Origin: an uncultured Alphaproteobacteria bacterium
GTDB lineage: Bacteria > Pseudomonadota > Alphaproteobacteria > Rhizobiales > Xanthobacteraceae
Assembly: GCA_963764705.1 (NCBI GenBank)
Contig: CAVXTR010000004.1
Coordinates: forward strand, 263,752-327,751
Direction of reading: 5' to 3'
Length of the DNA: 64,000 nt
How positions within the stretch are numbered: position 1 is the stretch's first letter; each line of letters begins with the position of its first letter. The position numbers and the translations under genes were made by a program. The notes beneath the pieces are model-generated. The model saw only the letters and a list, made by a program, of their open reading frames with translations. It had not been told where the DNA came from and made no database searches. Of the stretch, positions 10,441-21,500 are shown piece after piece.

Positions 10441-11312
10441 ATGAGAACCCGCGAAGAGATCGCGCAAGCGCTGGCGCTGCCGGCTATATCGCCGACGGCG
10501 AACTCGCGACCGCGATCTCGCTGATGCAATTGCTGAGGCGCCCGCTGCTGCTGGAAGGCGAGGCGGGCGTCGGCAAGACCGAGGTCGCAAAGGCGCTGGC
10601 ATCCGTGCACGCGACCGAATTGATCCGCCTGCAATGCTATGAGGGGCTGGATCAGTCGGCGGCGCTGTACGAATGGAACTACCAGCGCCAGTTGCTGTCG
10701 ATCCAGGCCCATCGCGGCGACAATCCCGATGCGGTCGAGGACCAGATCTTTTCGGAGAAATATCTGCTGGAACGGCCGTTGCTGGCGGCGATCCGCCGCG
10801 ACAAGCCGCCGGTGCTCCTGATCGACGAGATCGACCGCGCCGACGACGAGTTCGAGGCGTTCCTGCTCGAGCTGCTGTCCGATTTCCAGGTCTCGATCCC
10901 CGAACTCGGCACCATCAAGGCCACGACGATCCCGCATGTGGTGCTGACCTCGAACGGCACCCGCGAACTCTCCGACGCGCTGCGCCGCCGCTGCCTCTAT
11001 CATTATGTCGATTATCCCGACGCCGATCGCGAGGCGCGCATCATCATGGCGCGGATCGACGGCGCCGGTGCGTCGCTGTCGCTGCAGATCGCGCGCATGG
11101 TCGAGAGCATCCGGAAGGAAGAGCTGCGCAAGGTGCCCGGCGTGGCCGAGACGCTGGACTGGGCGGCGGCTCTGGTCGGCCTCGACGTCCGCGACCTGCA
11201 CGACGTGCCCGAGACCGTGCACGAAACCCTGATGTGCCTGCTCAAGACCCATGAGGACAAAGCGCGGATGAGCCGCGAAGTCACCGAACGATTGCTGGGG
11301 AAGGTCGCATGA
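10441..11312 (+). CDS. coxD: MoxR-type AAA+ ATPase, CODH maturation (apparent frameshift near 10477)
   Basis: Walker A EGEAGVGKT, Walker B LLIDEID, LSDALRRRC; follows coxL. Confidence 0.88.
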
Positions 11313-12523
11313 GCTGCTGCGGCGCCGCACCTGATTTCCATGAAGTGGACGAGGTCTCTCGCCTCGTCTCCGGAAAGCTTGCGGCGTTTCTCAAAACCCT
11401 GCGCGACAACGGCTTTGCGGTCGGCCTCGCCGAAGGCCAGGACGCGGCGTCACTGATGACGGCAGGGTATGTCGCAAAGCCGGGCCTGCTGCGCTCGGCG
11501 TTCAAGCATCTGTTCTCGGCGCGCCGGTCCGACTGGGAAAAGTTCGACGGCATCTTTGACGCGTTCTGGCTCGGCAAGCGGGTGCGGTCGCGCTCGACCA
11601 CCATGGGTTCGGCCAAGTCGGCCAACAATCCGTCGCTGAAGAGCCTGTCGAACAACCGGCCGGAGCTGCGCGCCGGCGGTGACAGCGCGATGGATCAAGT
11701 GCCGTCCGCCGATGGCGCCGACGACGTTGACCGTTCCGGCGAGGGCCGCATGGAGGGCGCCTCGCGCGCCGATCAGCTCCAGGAAATCGATTTCCGCAAG
11801 ATGGCCGACCCCGATCAGATCGAGGAGGCGCACGCCGCCGCCGCGCGCCTGGCGCAGACCATGCGCACGCGGCTGACGCGACGCGACCTGGCGCGGCGCC
11901 GCGGCACTCGGCTCGATCTGCGCCGGACCATTCACAGCAATATCAGCCATGGCGGCGTGCCGATCGCGCTGGTCAGGCGCCAGCGCAAGGAGAAGCCGCT
12001 GCGGCTGGTGATGCTGCTCGACGCGTCCGGCTCGATGAGCATGTATACCGGCGTGTTCCTGCGTTTCATCCACGGCGTGCTCGATGAGTTCCGCGAGGCC
12101 GAGGCGTTCCTGTTCCACACGCGGCTGGCGCATGTCTCCGACGCGATGAAGGAAAAGGATGCCGCGCGTGCGCTCGACCGTTTGTCGATCATGGCGCAGG
12201 GCGCCGGCGGCGGCACCAAAATCGGCGAGAGCCTGCAGACCTTCAACCGCTGGCACGCCGCGCGCGTGATTCATTCGCGCACCGTGGTGATGATCGTCTC
12301 CGACGGTTACGAGACCGGCGATGCCGCGTTGCTCGGCCGCGAGATGGCGGCTCTCGGCCGCCGTTGCCGCCGCATCGTCTGGCTCAATCCGATGATGGCG
12401 TGGGACGGCTATACGCCCGAGGCCGCCGGCATCAAGGCGGCGCTGCCGCATGTCGATCTCTACGCGCCGGCCAACACGCTGAAGAGCCTGACCGCGCTCG
12501 AACCTTATTTGGCGAAGTTATGA
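11309..12523 (+). CDS. coxE: VWA domain CODH accessory protein
   Basis: MIDAS DASGSM, GGGTKIG, IVSDG, IVWLNP; ATGA overlap with coxD. Confidence 0.9.
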   Translation: MSCCGAAPDFHEVDEVSRLVSGKLAAFLKTLRDNGFAVGLAEGQDAASLMTAGYVAKPGLLRSAFKHLFSARRSDWEKFDGIFDAFWLGKRVRSRSTTMGSAKSANNPSLKSLSNNRPELRAGGDSAMDQVPSADGADDVDRSGEGRMEGASRADQLQEIDFRKMADPDQIEEAHAAAARLAQTMRTRLTRRDLARRRGTRLDLRRTIHSNISHGGVPIALVRRQRKEKPLRLVMLLDASGSMSMYTGVFLRFIHGVLDEFREAEAFLFHTRLAHVSDAMKEKDAARALDRLSIMAQGAGGGTKIGESLQTFNRWHAARVIHSRTVVMIVSDGYETGDAALLGREMAALGRRCRRIVWLNPMMAWDGYTPEAAGIKAALPHVDLYAPANTLKSLTALEPYLAKL

Positions 12524-12533
12524 ATTTTGTTTT

Positions 12534-12582
12534 GAGCATGATCTGTTCGGAAAACCGGTGCCTACTTTTCCGGATCATGCTC
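12534..12582. repeat. Short palindromic repeat (gagcatgatc…gatcatgctc family)
   Basis: gagcatgatctg…ccggatcatgctc; relatives at 27205-27316. Confidence 0.7.
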
Positions 12583-12596
12583 CGATGGGCCGACCG

Positions 12597-13435
12597 ATGA
12601 CCGCGCATGTCGAAGTGATGGACCTGGTCGCGCAGATGAAGGCGGCCGAGCAGGCGTTCGTGCTGGCCACGGTCGTCCGCACGGTGTCGGTAACGGCCGC
12701 GAAGGCCGGCGCCAAGGCGATCATCCGCCCCGACGGCACCATCGTCGCGGGCTGGATCGGCGGCGGCTGCGCGCGCGGCGCGGTGCTGAAGGCGGCGCGC
12801 GAGGCGCTGGCCGATGGCGAGCCGCGCATGGTGTCGGTGCAGCCGGAAGACATGCTGGCCGAACTCGGCGTCAAGCCCGGCGAGAATCGCGACGGCGTCC
12901 GCTTCGCCAGCAATATGTGCCCGAGCAAGGGAACCATGGATATTTTCGTCGAACCGGTGCTGCCGCATCCGTCGCTGGTGGTGTTCGGCGCCAGCCCGGT
13001 GGCGATGTCGCTGGCCGCGCAGGCGCGGCAACTCGGCTACCACGTCACGCTGGCAGCGCCCGCGGGCGATCTCGTTGTCGTGCCCGACGCCGACGCGCTG
13101 GTCGACGGCTTTGCGCTCGGCGAACTCAACCAGGCGCGGCGCTTCGTCGTGGTCTCGACCCAAGGCAAGGGCGACGAGGCGGCGCTGCGCGCGGCGGTCG
13201 CCACCGAGCGCCGAATATCACGCCTTCGTCGGCAGTCGCCGCAAGATGACGGCGCTGCGCGAAAAGCTCGTTGCGGCCGGCGTGTCGCCGCAAGTCGCTC
13301 GACCGCGTCAAGGCGCCGGCCGGGCTCGACCTCGGCGCCATCACGCCGGAAGAAATCGCGATGTCGATCCTCGCCGAAATCACCGTCGAACGGCGACGAG
13401 GCCAGCGCGCCGCTAATGTTTCTCAAGGGAGTTGA
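12597..13435 (+). CDS. coxF: XdhC/CoxF family molybdoenzyme maturation protein (apparent frameshifts ~13209 and ~13294)
   Basis: GWIGGGCA, MCPSKGTMDIFVEP, then FVGSRRK and APAGLDLGAITPEEIAMSILAEI in successive frames. Confidence 0.85.
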
Positions 13436-13444
13436 AGACAGATC

Positions 13445-13903
13445 ATGCAGATGAGTGACAGCCAGCGCATCCCGGCCTCGAAGGAAAAGGTCTGGGCGGC
13501 GCTCAACGATCCCGCGATCCTGAAGCAGTGCATCCCCGGCTGCGAGGCGCTCGAGATGTCGTCGCCGACCGAGATGACAGCGACCGTCGTTTTCAGGGTC
13601 GGTCCGGTGAAGGCGACCTTTGGCGGCAAGGTGACCTTGTCCGATCTCGATCCGCCCAACAGCTACCGGATTTCGGGCGAGGGCTCCGGCGGCGTCGCCG
13701 GTTTCGCCAAGGGCGGTGCGACGGTGAAGCTCAGCGCGGAAGGTCCGGACGCGACGGTACTGTTTTACGAGGTCGACGCCCAGATCGGCGGCAAGCTGGC
13801 GCAACTCGGTTCTCGCCTGATCGATTCCACCGCGAAGAAACTCGCCGGACAATTCTTTGCCTCGTTCGGCGAGGTGGTCGGAGGCACGGTCCCGGCCGCC
13901 TAG
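13445..13903 (+). CDS. coxG: CoxG / SRPBCC family protein
   Basis: VWAALNDPAILKQCIPGC, IGGKLAQLGSRLID. Confidence 0.9.
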   Translation: MQMSDSQRIPASKEKVWAALNDPAILKQCIPGCEALEMSSPTEMTATVVFRVGPVKATFGGKVTLSDLDPPNSYRISGEGSGGVAGFAKGGATVKLSAEGPDATVLFYEVDAQIGGKLAQLGSRLIDSTAKKLAGQFFASFGEVVGGTVPAA

Positions 13904-13970
13904 CCGCTGCAATTGCCCCCGCTTGGGTTTCGGCTATGCTGGCCGGCAAAACAATCGGGGAGCATCGACG

Positions 13971-14780
13971 ATGACCGGGCAGGACAATTCCGATTGGCTC
14001 GGCCTGTCAGGCCGCGTTTGCGTGGTGACGGGCGGCGGCGGCGGCATTGGCCGCGCGGTCGCCCTGAGTTTCGCCCGGGCCGGCGCCCGCGTCGCCGCGA
14101 TCGATCGCGACGAGCGCGGCCTCGAGGTCACGCATCCGGAACTGCTCAAGTTCGGGCGCGACCATGTCGTGTCGCCGTGCGACACTTCAAACGCCGACAG
14201 CGTCACCGCGGCATCTGACAAGATCGAGAAATCGCTGGGGCCGTGCCACGTGCTGGTCAACACCGCCGCGGTGTTGCGCCCCGGCGGGCTCGATACGCTT
14301 TCGCTCGCCGAATGGAACGCGGTGCTGTCGGTCAATCTGACCGGCTATTTCCTTTGCGCGCAGATTTTCGGTCGGCAGATGCGAACGCACGGCCACGGCA
14401 GCCTGGTTCACGTCTCGTCGGTCGCCGGCAGCAACGCGCAGGGGCAGAGCGGCGCCTACAGCGTCAGCAAGGCCGGCGTGATCATGCTGTCGCAGCAGCT
14501 TGCCAACGAATGGGGGCCGCACGGCATCCGCAGCAATGTCGTCAGTCCGGGCCTCGTCATCACGCCGATGAGCCAGTCGTTCTACGATACGCCTGGCGTC
14601 ACCGAGCGGCGCAAGGCCGTGGTGCCGATGCGGCGGATCGGCATGCCGCAGGACATCGCCGACGCCATCCTGTTTCTCGCCAGCGACCGCTCGTCCTATG
14701 TCAGCGGCGACGAGATCACCGTCGACGGCGGCTTTGTGCGGATGCTGATGAACCTGGTGCCGCGGCCGGGGTTCGAGTGA
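13971..14780 (+). CDS. SDR family oxidoreductase
   Basis: TGGGGGIG, YSVSK (YxxxK), VDGG. Confidence 0.9.
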   Translation: MTGQDNSDWLGLSGRVCVVTGGGGGIGRAVALSFARAGARVAAIDRDERGLEVTHPELLKFGRDHVVSPCDTSNADSVTAASDKIEKSLGPCHVLVNTAAVLRPGGLDTLSLAEWNAVLSVNLTGYFLCAQIFGRQMRTHGHGSLVHVSSVAGSNAQGQSGAYSVSKAGVIMLSQQLANEWGPHGIRSNVVSPGLVITPMSQSFYDTPGVTERRKAVVPMRRIGMPQDIADAILFLASDRSSYVSGDEITVDGGFVRMLMNLVPRPGFE

Positions 14781-14924
14781 GGGCTAGCCGGGATGATCGG
14801 GATTTGCGGGGGGTATTACTTCCAAACGTTTCCGACGGATATTCGGCAAACAGCGACCGGTAGTGGCGCGAGATCGCGATCACCGACGACGTCAATCCGT
14901 TCTGACCGGAGCGAGGGATGATCG

Positions 14925-16871
14925 ATGAAGCCCGTTCAACCAGAGGCCACGGCAAGGAAGAGGCCAGTTCGGCTCGGCTTCAAGACGTCGATCATCGGAC
15001 TGTTCGTCGGCATCGTCCTGATCATCGGCCTGACCTTGGTCTACCTCAGTTTCGAGCGGATCAATGTCGTCACCGACACGGCTGCCAGCCAGTTCATCGG
15101 CAAGGTGGCCGAATTGTCGGCGGACCGGATCGGTTTCCAGTTGAAGCTGGTGAGGGACAATCTCGAAGTGCTGAACGCGTTGCCGTCGATCCAGTCCGCG
15201 GACATCGAGAATAATCCCCGGCTGTATGCGTTGCTGGCGGCGATGCTGAAGAGCAACGAACAGCTCTTCAGCCTGTATGTCGGTTACGACGACGGCTCGT
15301 TCATCGAGATGGACGACATCGGCGACACCGGGCGGGACTTGCGTGCCAGGCTGGAGGCGCCTGACCAGGCCGAGTTCCGGCTTGTCGTGATCTCACGATC
15401 CGATCCGGCCAACGTCAGATCGAGTAGGCTGTTCCTGTCCGACAAGCTCGAAACGGTGCGGGAATTGCCGGGGCCGACTGATTATGACCCACGCCAGCGG
15501 CCCTGGTACAAGGACGCCGAGCGCCGCGACGGCGGCTGGCTGACCGGGCCGTATGTTTTCTTTGCGACGGGAAAGCAGGGCTACACGGTGCATTCCCCGT
15601 TGAAGCAGGGCAAGGGCGTGATTGCGGGCGACCTGCTGCTGGATGCAATCGAAGCGGTGCTGAAGCGGGAGAAGCTGACCGCGTCCGGCGTCGCCTTCCT
15701 GTTCGACGATGACGATCGCATCCTCGCCCATCCCCGGATGTCGGAAATGATCGGGCGAGAGGTATCGGGCACGATTCCGCGGCTGCGCGAGACCGATATG
15801 GCCGGCGTCCTCCAGGCGATCCGTGCCTCGCGCGCCGACGGAATGTCCGCGCAGTTCTTCACGGACCCGGCCGGCCGGCGCTATGCCGCGGCGTTCCAGA
15901 AAATCCCGCTGTCAGGCCCCGCCAATCTGCGCGTGGCTGTCGTGGCGCCGGTCGATGAGTTCTTTGCCAATATCCTCTCCGAGCGCAAACGGCTGTTTGG
16001 TGTTACCCTCGGCTTTGTCGCGGCGATGGTGCCGATCGTGTTCTTCATCGGTTCGATCCTGTCGAGGTCGCTACGGGCGCTGGCGCAGGAAACCGACCGG
16101 ATCCAGAGGTTCGAGCCGGCGGCCGGGCCTCCCGTGCATTCCATGATCCGCGAGATCGCCGAATTGAGCCATTCGGTCTCCACCATGCGCACGCTGGTGC
16201 AGACGTTTTCGAATTTCGTGCCCAAACGCCTGGTCGAGCAACTCGTGGAAACCGGCGATGCCATGAAACTCGGAGGCTCCCGGCGCGAGGTGACGGTGCT
16301 GTTTACCGATGTCGTCAACTTCACCGGCATGACCGAAAACCGGGATCCGGCCCAGGTGATGCAATACACGTCGCGTTACTTCGCGGCCTTGTCCGAAGCC
16401 GTGATGGCCAACAAGGGGACGGTCGACAAGTTCATCGGCGATGCCGTGATGGCGATATGGAACGCGCCGATCGAGGACGGCGACCATGTAGCCAATGCCT
16501 GCACGGCCGTGCTCGCCTGCATCGAGGCCAACCGCGAAATCAACGCGGCGTTCGAACGCGAGGGATGGCCCGCCTACCACACCCGGTTTGGCCTGCATGT
16601 CGGCGACGTCGTGGTCGGAAATATCGGCTCTGCGGACCGCATGAACTACACGGTGCTGGGGGCGACGGTTAATCTCGCCGCGCGGCTCGAATCCCTTAAC
16701 AAGGATTATCAAACCACGGCGCTGGTCAGCGAGGCCGTGAGGCAGCGAGTCGAGCACCGCTTCGTCTTCCGCGCCGTGGACCGCATCAAGCCGAAGGGGT
16801 TTGAAGCGGAATTTCAGATTTATGAATTGGTCGGGGCGAGAGCCGAGGAGAGGGTGGCATCGATCGCATGA
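14925..16871 (+). CDS. Membrane class III adenylate/guanylate cyclase with periplasmic Cache domain
   Basis: Two TM segments; YDPRQRPWY Cache motif; VLFTDV, DKFIGDAVMA, YTVLGATVNLAARLE. Confidence 0.9.
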   Translation: MKPVQPEATARKRPVRLGFKTSIIGLFVGIVLIIGLTLVYLSFERINVVTDTAASQFIGKVAELSADRIGFQLKLVRDNLEVLNALPSIQSADIENNPRLYALLAAMLKSNEQLFSLYVGYDDGSFIEMDDIGDTGRDLRARLEAPDQAEFRLVVISRSDPANVRSSRLFLSDKLETVRELPGPTDYDPRQRPWYKDAERRDGGWLTGPYVFFATGKQGYTVHSPLKQGKGVIAGDLLLDAIEAVLKREKLTASGVAFLFDDDDRILAHPRMSEMIGREVSGTIPRLRETDMAGVLQAIRASRADGMSAQFFTDPAGRRYAAAFQKIPLSGPANLRVAVVAPVDEFFANILSERKRLFGVTLGFVAAMVPIVFFIGSILSRSLRALAQETDRIQRFEPAAGPPVHSMIREIAELSHSVSTMRTLVQTFSNFVPKRLVEQLVETGDAMKLGGSRREVTVLFTDVVNFTGMTENRDPAQVMQYTSRYFAALSEAVMANKGTVDKFIGDAVMAIWNAPIEDGDHVANACTAVLACIEANREINAAFEREGWPAYHTRFGLHVGDVVVGNIGSADRMNYTVLGATVNLAARLESLNKDYQTTALVSEAVRQRVEHRFVFRAVDRIKPKGFEAEFQIYELVGARAEERVASIA

Positions 16872-16882
16872 TTGGTGCCCGG

Positions 16883-17398
16883 TTAAGTTCGATTTCGCCT
16901 TCTGATGGCGTTGACGGCATCGCGAATCGTTCCGGGACTTTCCTTCACGAAGATCGGGCGGTTGCCGGCGGATATGACGCTCTTCGCATCGGGGCGGGCG
17001 TGATCCGAAGGCTCTACTGCGCGCAGGAAGGCGATCACTGAAACCTTGATCCACAGCGGAGCGCCATCGGCGAGAGTCAATTCGATAAAATACGGCTTTA
17101 GCTCCAACCGATCGAGCAGGTGATCCGCTGGTTCATCCACTTCTTGCGGACCGCCGGCCAATCCCACGACATTGGTGACGGTTGAGCCGCGCCCGGAGCC
17201 GGACGTACGGGGAAGCACGAACACCATGGCTATTTTGACGGGATCGATGATGAGCGTGATCCCGCTCGACGTCTTCATCTCGGCGAGATCGTGCGTCCCG
17301 AGTTCGAGCCTGTTCAAATCCCTTACCGGCGCCTGGCCGAAAGCCGTAACGAGGTCGCAGAAGAGAAAGATGATGCTGAAAACAAGTCGGTGCTTCAC
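16883..17398 (-). CDS. Exported hypothetical protein with an internal two-fold repeat
   Basis: Signal-like N-terminus; overlap-free ORF just downstream of the helicase. Confidence 0.6.
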   Translation of the reverse strand: MKHRLVFSIIFLFCDLVTAFGQAPVRDLNRLELGTHDLAEMKTSSGITLIIDPVKIAMVFVLPRTSGSGRGSTVTNVVGLAGGPQEVDEPADHLLDRLELKPYFIELTLADGAPLWIKVSVIAFLRAVEPSDHARPDAKSVISAGNRPIFVKESPGTIRDAVNAIRRRNRT

Positions 17399-17413
17399 CT
17401 CGTCATCTCTCGT

Positions 17414-19474
17414 CTAGCGCCACATGCCGCGCATGCGGGCGCCGATATCCACTTTGGGTCCCTGGCTGGCGGGGCGTGCAGCGCCGGCTGCCACGACAGG
17501 CCAGGCCGTGCGCTCAAACAGATCAAGCAGCTTTTCGGGAATAAAGCGCGTCCTGGAGGCATAGAGGTGTCGATCACCTTGTGCCTGCTGGCCATGAACG
17601 AAGAAACGCTGCGGGACCATGAGATGGAGGTCATCCTTGGCGCGGGTCATGGCGACGTAAAGCAAGCGGCGTTCCTCCTCGATCTCGGCTGAGGTGCCGA
17701 CGCCGAGGTCGGAGGGCATGCAACCGTCGACGACGTTGAGCAGATAGACCGACTTCCATTCCTGGCCCTTGGCGGAATGAATGGTCGACAGGATGAGATA
17801 GTCCTCGTCGAGAAGCGGTACGCCGGCCTGGTCGCTGGTTGCATCCGGTGGATCCAGCGTCAGTTCGGTCAGGAAGCGTTCGCGCGACGGATATCCCGAA
17901 GCGATCTGCTCTAGCTGGAGCAAGTCCGCCCGCCGCGTGTCGGAGTCTTCATGGATGCGGTCGAGATGCGGTTCATACCAAAGCCGCGCCTGCTCCAGAT
18001 CGGCGGGCCATTCGGAATACCGGAGATTGCCGAGGGCACCGACGAAAGCCTTCCAGTCGTCGCCCGAACGCGGCGGTGTGGCTAAGGCGGCCAGCGCTGC
18101 GATCGGATCGACGGCCTCGGCCATGTGGTCGAGGACGCGTTGCGCGGTGGCGGAGCCGATGCCGGGCAACAGGTGCAGCAGACGGAAGCCGGCGACACGG
18201 TCGCGCGGATTTTCGACGAACCGCAGCAGCGCCAGCATGTCTTTGATATGAGCGGCATCGAGAAATTTCAGCCCGCCGAATTTCACAAAGGGGATGTTCC
18301 GGCGCGTCAGCTCGATTTCGAGCGGACCGGAGTGACTGGAGGTCCGGAACAAGACGGCCTGTTCTTTAAGGAGGGTGCCGGATTCGCGATTTTCAAGGAT
18401 GCGCTCGACGATGAAACGCGCCTGATCGGCCTCGTCCCTGACGGTGACGAGTTGCGGCTTCGCCGAGGAGGCGCGCTCGGTCCAGAGGTTTTTCGTGAAG
18501 CGTTCCCTGGCGAGACTGATCACGCCGTTGGCGGCCGCGAGAACCGGCTGCGTCGAGCGATAATTGCGATCGAGCGTGATGATGCGCGCCGGTGGCGAGA
18601 ACTGGCTCGGAAAATCGAGGATGTTGCGAACGGTGGCCGCACGGAACGAGTAGATCGACTGGGCGTCGTCGCCGACCACGGTGAGGCCGCGGCCTCCGGG
18701 CTTGAGCGCCAGCAGGATGCTGGACTGCAGACGGTTGGTGTCCTGATATTCGTCGACCAGCACATGATCGAAGCGTCCGCCGATGTCGTCGGCTAGTCCG
18801 GTATCGCTGACCATCTGCGCCCAGTAGAGCAGGAGATCGTCGTAATCGAGCACGTTCTGCTTTTGCTTGGCCTCGACATAACCAGCGAACAATTCCTTGA
18901 GTTCCCTGGCCCATCCGGAGCACCAGGGATACCACGCACCGATGACCTGCTCGATCGGCAACTCGGCATTGACGCAACGCGAATAGATCGAGAGGCAAGT
19001 GCCCTTGGTCGGAAAACGGCTCGCGGTTTTCGAAAAGCCCTTCTCATGCCTGACAAGATTCATCAGATCAGCGGAATCTTCGCGATCGTGAATCGTGAAG
19101 GCCGGGTCTACCCCGATCTGTTCGGCGTATTCGCGCAGCAGGCGGGCGCCGATGCCGTGGAACGTGCCGGCCCAGGTCAGTGCGTCGCTCATGACGCCGG
19201 CGTTGTCGCCCAGGACCTTGCGTGCGATCCGCTCGACCCGCCTGGCCATCTCCGACGCCGCACGCCGTGAAAATGTCATCAGCAGGATACGGCGGGGATC
19301 GGCTCCCTCCACGATGAGATGCGCAACCCGATGGGCGAGGGTATTGGTCTTTCCGGAACCGGCGCCGGCAATCACGAGCAGTGGTGGGCCAGCGAGCCCG
19401 CCCGCGGCGCCGTGCTCGACGGCTTGCCGCTGCTCGGGGTTGAGGGTTTCGAGGTAGGCGGTTGCCGTTTTCAC
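17414..19474 (-). CDS. UvrD/Rep family ATP-dependent DNA helicase
   Basis: AGAGSGKT, VDEYQDTN, VGDDAQSIYSFR, NYRS, STIHSAKGQEW, EERRLLYVAMTRA. Confidence 0.92.
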   Translation of the reverse strand: MKTATAYLETLNPEQRQAVEHGAAGGLAGPPLLVIAGAGSGKTNTLAHRVAHLIVEGADPRRILLMTFSRRAASEMARRVERIARKVLGDNAGVMSDALTWAGTFHGIGARLLREYAEQIGVDPAFTIHDREDSADLMNLVRHEKGFSKTASRFPTKGTCLSIYSRCVNAELPIEQVIGAWYPWCSGWARELKELFAGYVEAKQKQNVLDYDDLLLYWAQMVSDTGLADDIGGRFDHVLVDEYQDTNRLQSSILLALKPGGRGLTVVGDDAQSIYSFRAATVRNILDFPSQFSPPARIITLDRNYRSTQPVLAAANGVISLARERFTKNLWTERASSAKPQLVTVRDEADQARFIVERILENRESGTLLKEQAVLFRTSSHSGPLEIELTRRNIPFVKFGGLKFLDAAHIKDMLALLRFVENPRDRVAGFRLLHLLPGIGSATAQRVLDHMAEAVDPIAALAALATPPRSGDDWKAFVGALGNLRYSEWPADLEQARLWYEPHLDRIHEDSDTRRADLLQLEQIASGYPSRERFLTELTLDPPDATSDQAGVPLLDEDYLILSTIHSAKGQEWKSVYLLNVVDGCMPSDLGVGTSAEIEEERRLLYVAMTRAKDDLHLMVPQRFFVHGQQAQGDRHLYASRTRFIPEKLLDLFERTAWPVVAAGAARPASQGPKVDIGARMRGMWR

Positions 19475-19742
19475 CTGGGTGTCCCGGTCATGGCTGGAAT
19501 AGTTGACGCTCGGTGATTCCCGGTGTGATCGCAACGTTTTAGGCGTCTGGCTGACCGCGCAGCGGCTACCGCGAGGCCCGCTGGAATCAGCCAGCGGTAA
19601 TTAGGTGAGCATCGCTTGCGCGTGCCGTTCTACTTTGCATGGGGTTGTTTTCGCAATTTTGTGTCTGGCCCCTACGCTCGCAATGGCAGGCATAGGCCGC
19701 AGCGTACCGGATACCCCGCATGCGCTGGGTATGACGAAATCG

Positions 19743-20696
19743 TCAGTCGAACAGGCTCGACACCGACTCTTCCGCCGCGGTGCGACCGATGGCTTCGGCG
19801 ATCAAGGGCGCGATCGACAGCGTACGGATGTTGGCGGCCTTGTTGACCGCTTCCGTCGGCAGGATCGAGTCGGTGATCACGAGCTCTTTCAGCTTGGAGC
19901 CGGCGATGCGGGCGGCGGCGCCACCGGACAATACGCCGTGGCTGATATAGGCGTAGACTTCCTTGGCGCCGTTGGCGATCAGCGCGTCGGCCGCGTTCAC
20001 CAGCGTGCCGCCGGAGTCGACGATGTCGTCGATCAGGATGCAGGTGTAGCCGGCGCAGTCGCCGATCACGTTCATCACCTCGGATTCGCCGGCGCGTTCG
20101 CGGCGCTTGTCGATGATGGCGAGCGGGGTGTTGATGCGCTTGGCAAGGCCGCGCGCGCGGATCACGCCGCCGACGTCGGGCGACACCACCATCACATTGC
20201 TGAGGTCGAAGCGCTCCTTGATGTCGCGCACCATCACCGGCGAGGCGTAGAGGTTGTCGGTCGGAATATCGAAGAAGCCCTGGATCTGGCCGGCATGCAG
20301 GTCGAGCGTCATGACGCGGTCGACGCCGGCATGCGTGATCAGGTTGGCGACCAGCTTGGCCGAAATCGGTGCGCGCGACCCGACCTTGCGGTCCTGCCTT
20401 GCGTAGCCGAAGTAGGGAATGACAGCGGTGATACGGCGCGCGGACGAGCGGCGCAGCGCGTCGGTGACGATCAGCAGTTCCATCAGATGGTCGTTGGCCG
20501 GAAACGACGTCGACTGGATGATGAAGGCATCCGAGCCGCGTACGTTCTCAAGCACTTCGACGAAGATTTCATTGTCAGCGAAACGGCGGACACTGGCCTT
20601 GGTCAGCGGCAGATTCAACCCTTCGGCGATGGCTTGCGCCAAAGCAGGATTGGAGTTGCCGGCGACCAGCTTGATCGAGCCGTTCTTGGCCGACAT
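19743..20696 (-). CDS. prs: Ribose-phosphate pyrophosphokinase
   Basis: [40 protein letters not shown]. Confidence 0.97.
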   Translation of the reverse strand: MSAKNGSIKLVAGNSNPALAQAIAEGLNLPLTKASVRRFADNEIFVEVLENVRGSDAFIIQSTSFPANDHLMELLIVTDALRRSSARRITAVIPYFGYARQDRKVGSRAPISAKLVANLITHAGVDRVMTLDLHAGQIQGFFDIPTDNLYASPVMVRDIKERFDLSNVMVVSPDVGGVIRARGLAKRINTPLAIIDKRRERAGESEVMNVIGDCAGYTCILIDDIVDSGGTLVNAADALIANGAKEVYAYISHGVLSGGAAARIAGSKLKELVITDSILPTEAVNKAANIRTLSIAPLIAEAIGRTAAEESVSSLFD

Positions 20697-20870
20697 TGAC
20701 GCTTCTCCTCGCGCCTTGCTGGATACGACGTTCAGCATATCGAGAAATCCTCGGAAACCGGCGCGCTTCGATGGCCGAGGAGATATCAGGCCGGTGGCTC
20801 CGCTGGCAACCCATTGCCCCGGTTTTCCCGGGCAAAAATAGGCCGTTACGGGACTATTCGGGGGGTATTC

Positions 20871-21500
20871 TTACTGGCTGGTATAGCCCAGCGCCGCGAC
20901 GCCGAATGCACCCTCTGCGGGCGTTTCTTGCGCTGCACTCGCGACCGCGGGGCCGTGGCGACCCGGGGCAGGGGCGGGTGCGGACGGCGCGTCAGGGGTG
21001 CCGTTGAGCATGTTGCTGAGGCCGCTGAGGCCGGCCTGCGCTATTCTGCGCAGCAGGAGGTCGTCGGCCGCCGCCCAGGCGTCGCGTCCGGCCTTGCCGG
21101 CCGGCTCTTCGCCGGAGAGGCGCAGCGCGCGCTGCTGGTTGTTGTCGTAGACGTCCCAGACCCAGGCGATCACGGTCTTGCCGCGCACCACCTGCGCCGA
21201 GAGATAGCTGCGCACGCGGTAGGACGCGCCGCCTTCGCGGGAGACGATCGACAGGTTGCGCAGCTTCGATTCGGAATCGAGGACACTGACCATGCGGTCG
21301 AACACAGGCGGCGGCGGGCCGTCGATCGATTCAAAGGCCACGGTGGGACCGGCGCCGCTCGGGCCGGGCGCCATCGCGAACGAACCGCTCGCCGCGCCTC
21401 CGCCGGCGCAACCGCCGAGCGCGCACGATACGACCAGCAGCACCGCGGCGATCATCGCGCGCGGGGTTCGCAGGCACAGAGCTGTGATGACGTCCCTCAT
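20871..21500 (-). CDS. Putative lipoprotein
   Basis: Lipobox-like ALGGC; FESIDGPP and WVWDVYD core. Confidence 0.7.
   Translation of the reverse strand: MRDVITALCLRTPRAMIAAVLLVVSCALGGCAGGGAASGSFAMAPGPSGAGPTVAFESIDGPPPPVFDRMVSVLDSESKLRNLSIVSREGGASYRVRSYLSAQVVRGKTVIAWVWDVYDNNQQRALRLSGEEPAGKAGRDAWAAADDLLLRRIAQAGLSGLSNMLNGTPDAPSAPAPAPGRHGPAVASAAQETPAEGAFGVAALGYTSQ

Noticed and set aside
19600-19742. Intergenic tract tactttgcatggggttgttttcgcaatttt and a half palindrome
   Set aside because: Looks like a degenerate dispersed repeat; single copy in the window, so no call can be supported.
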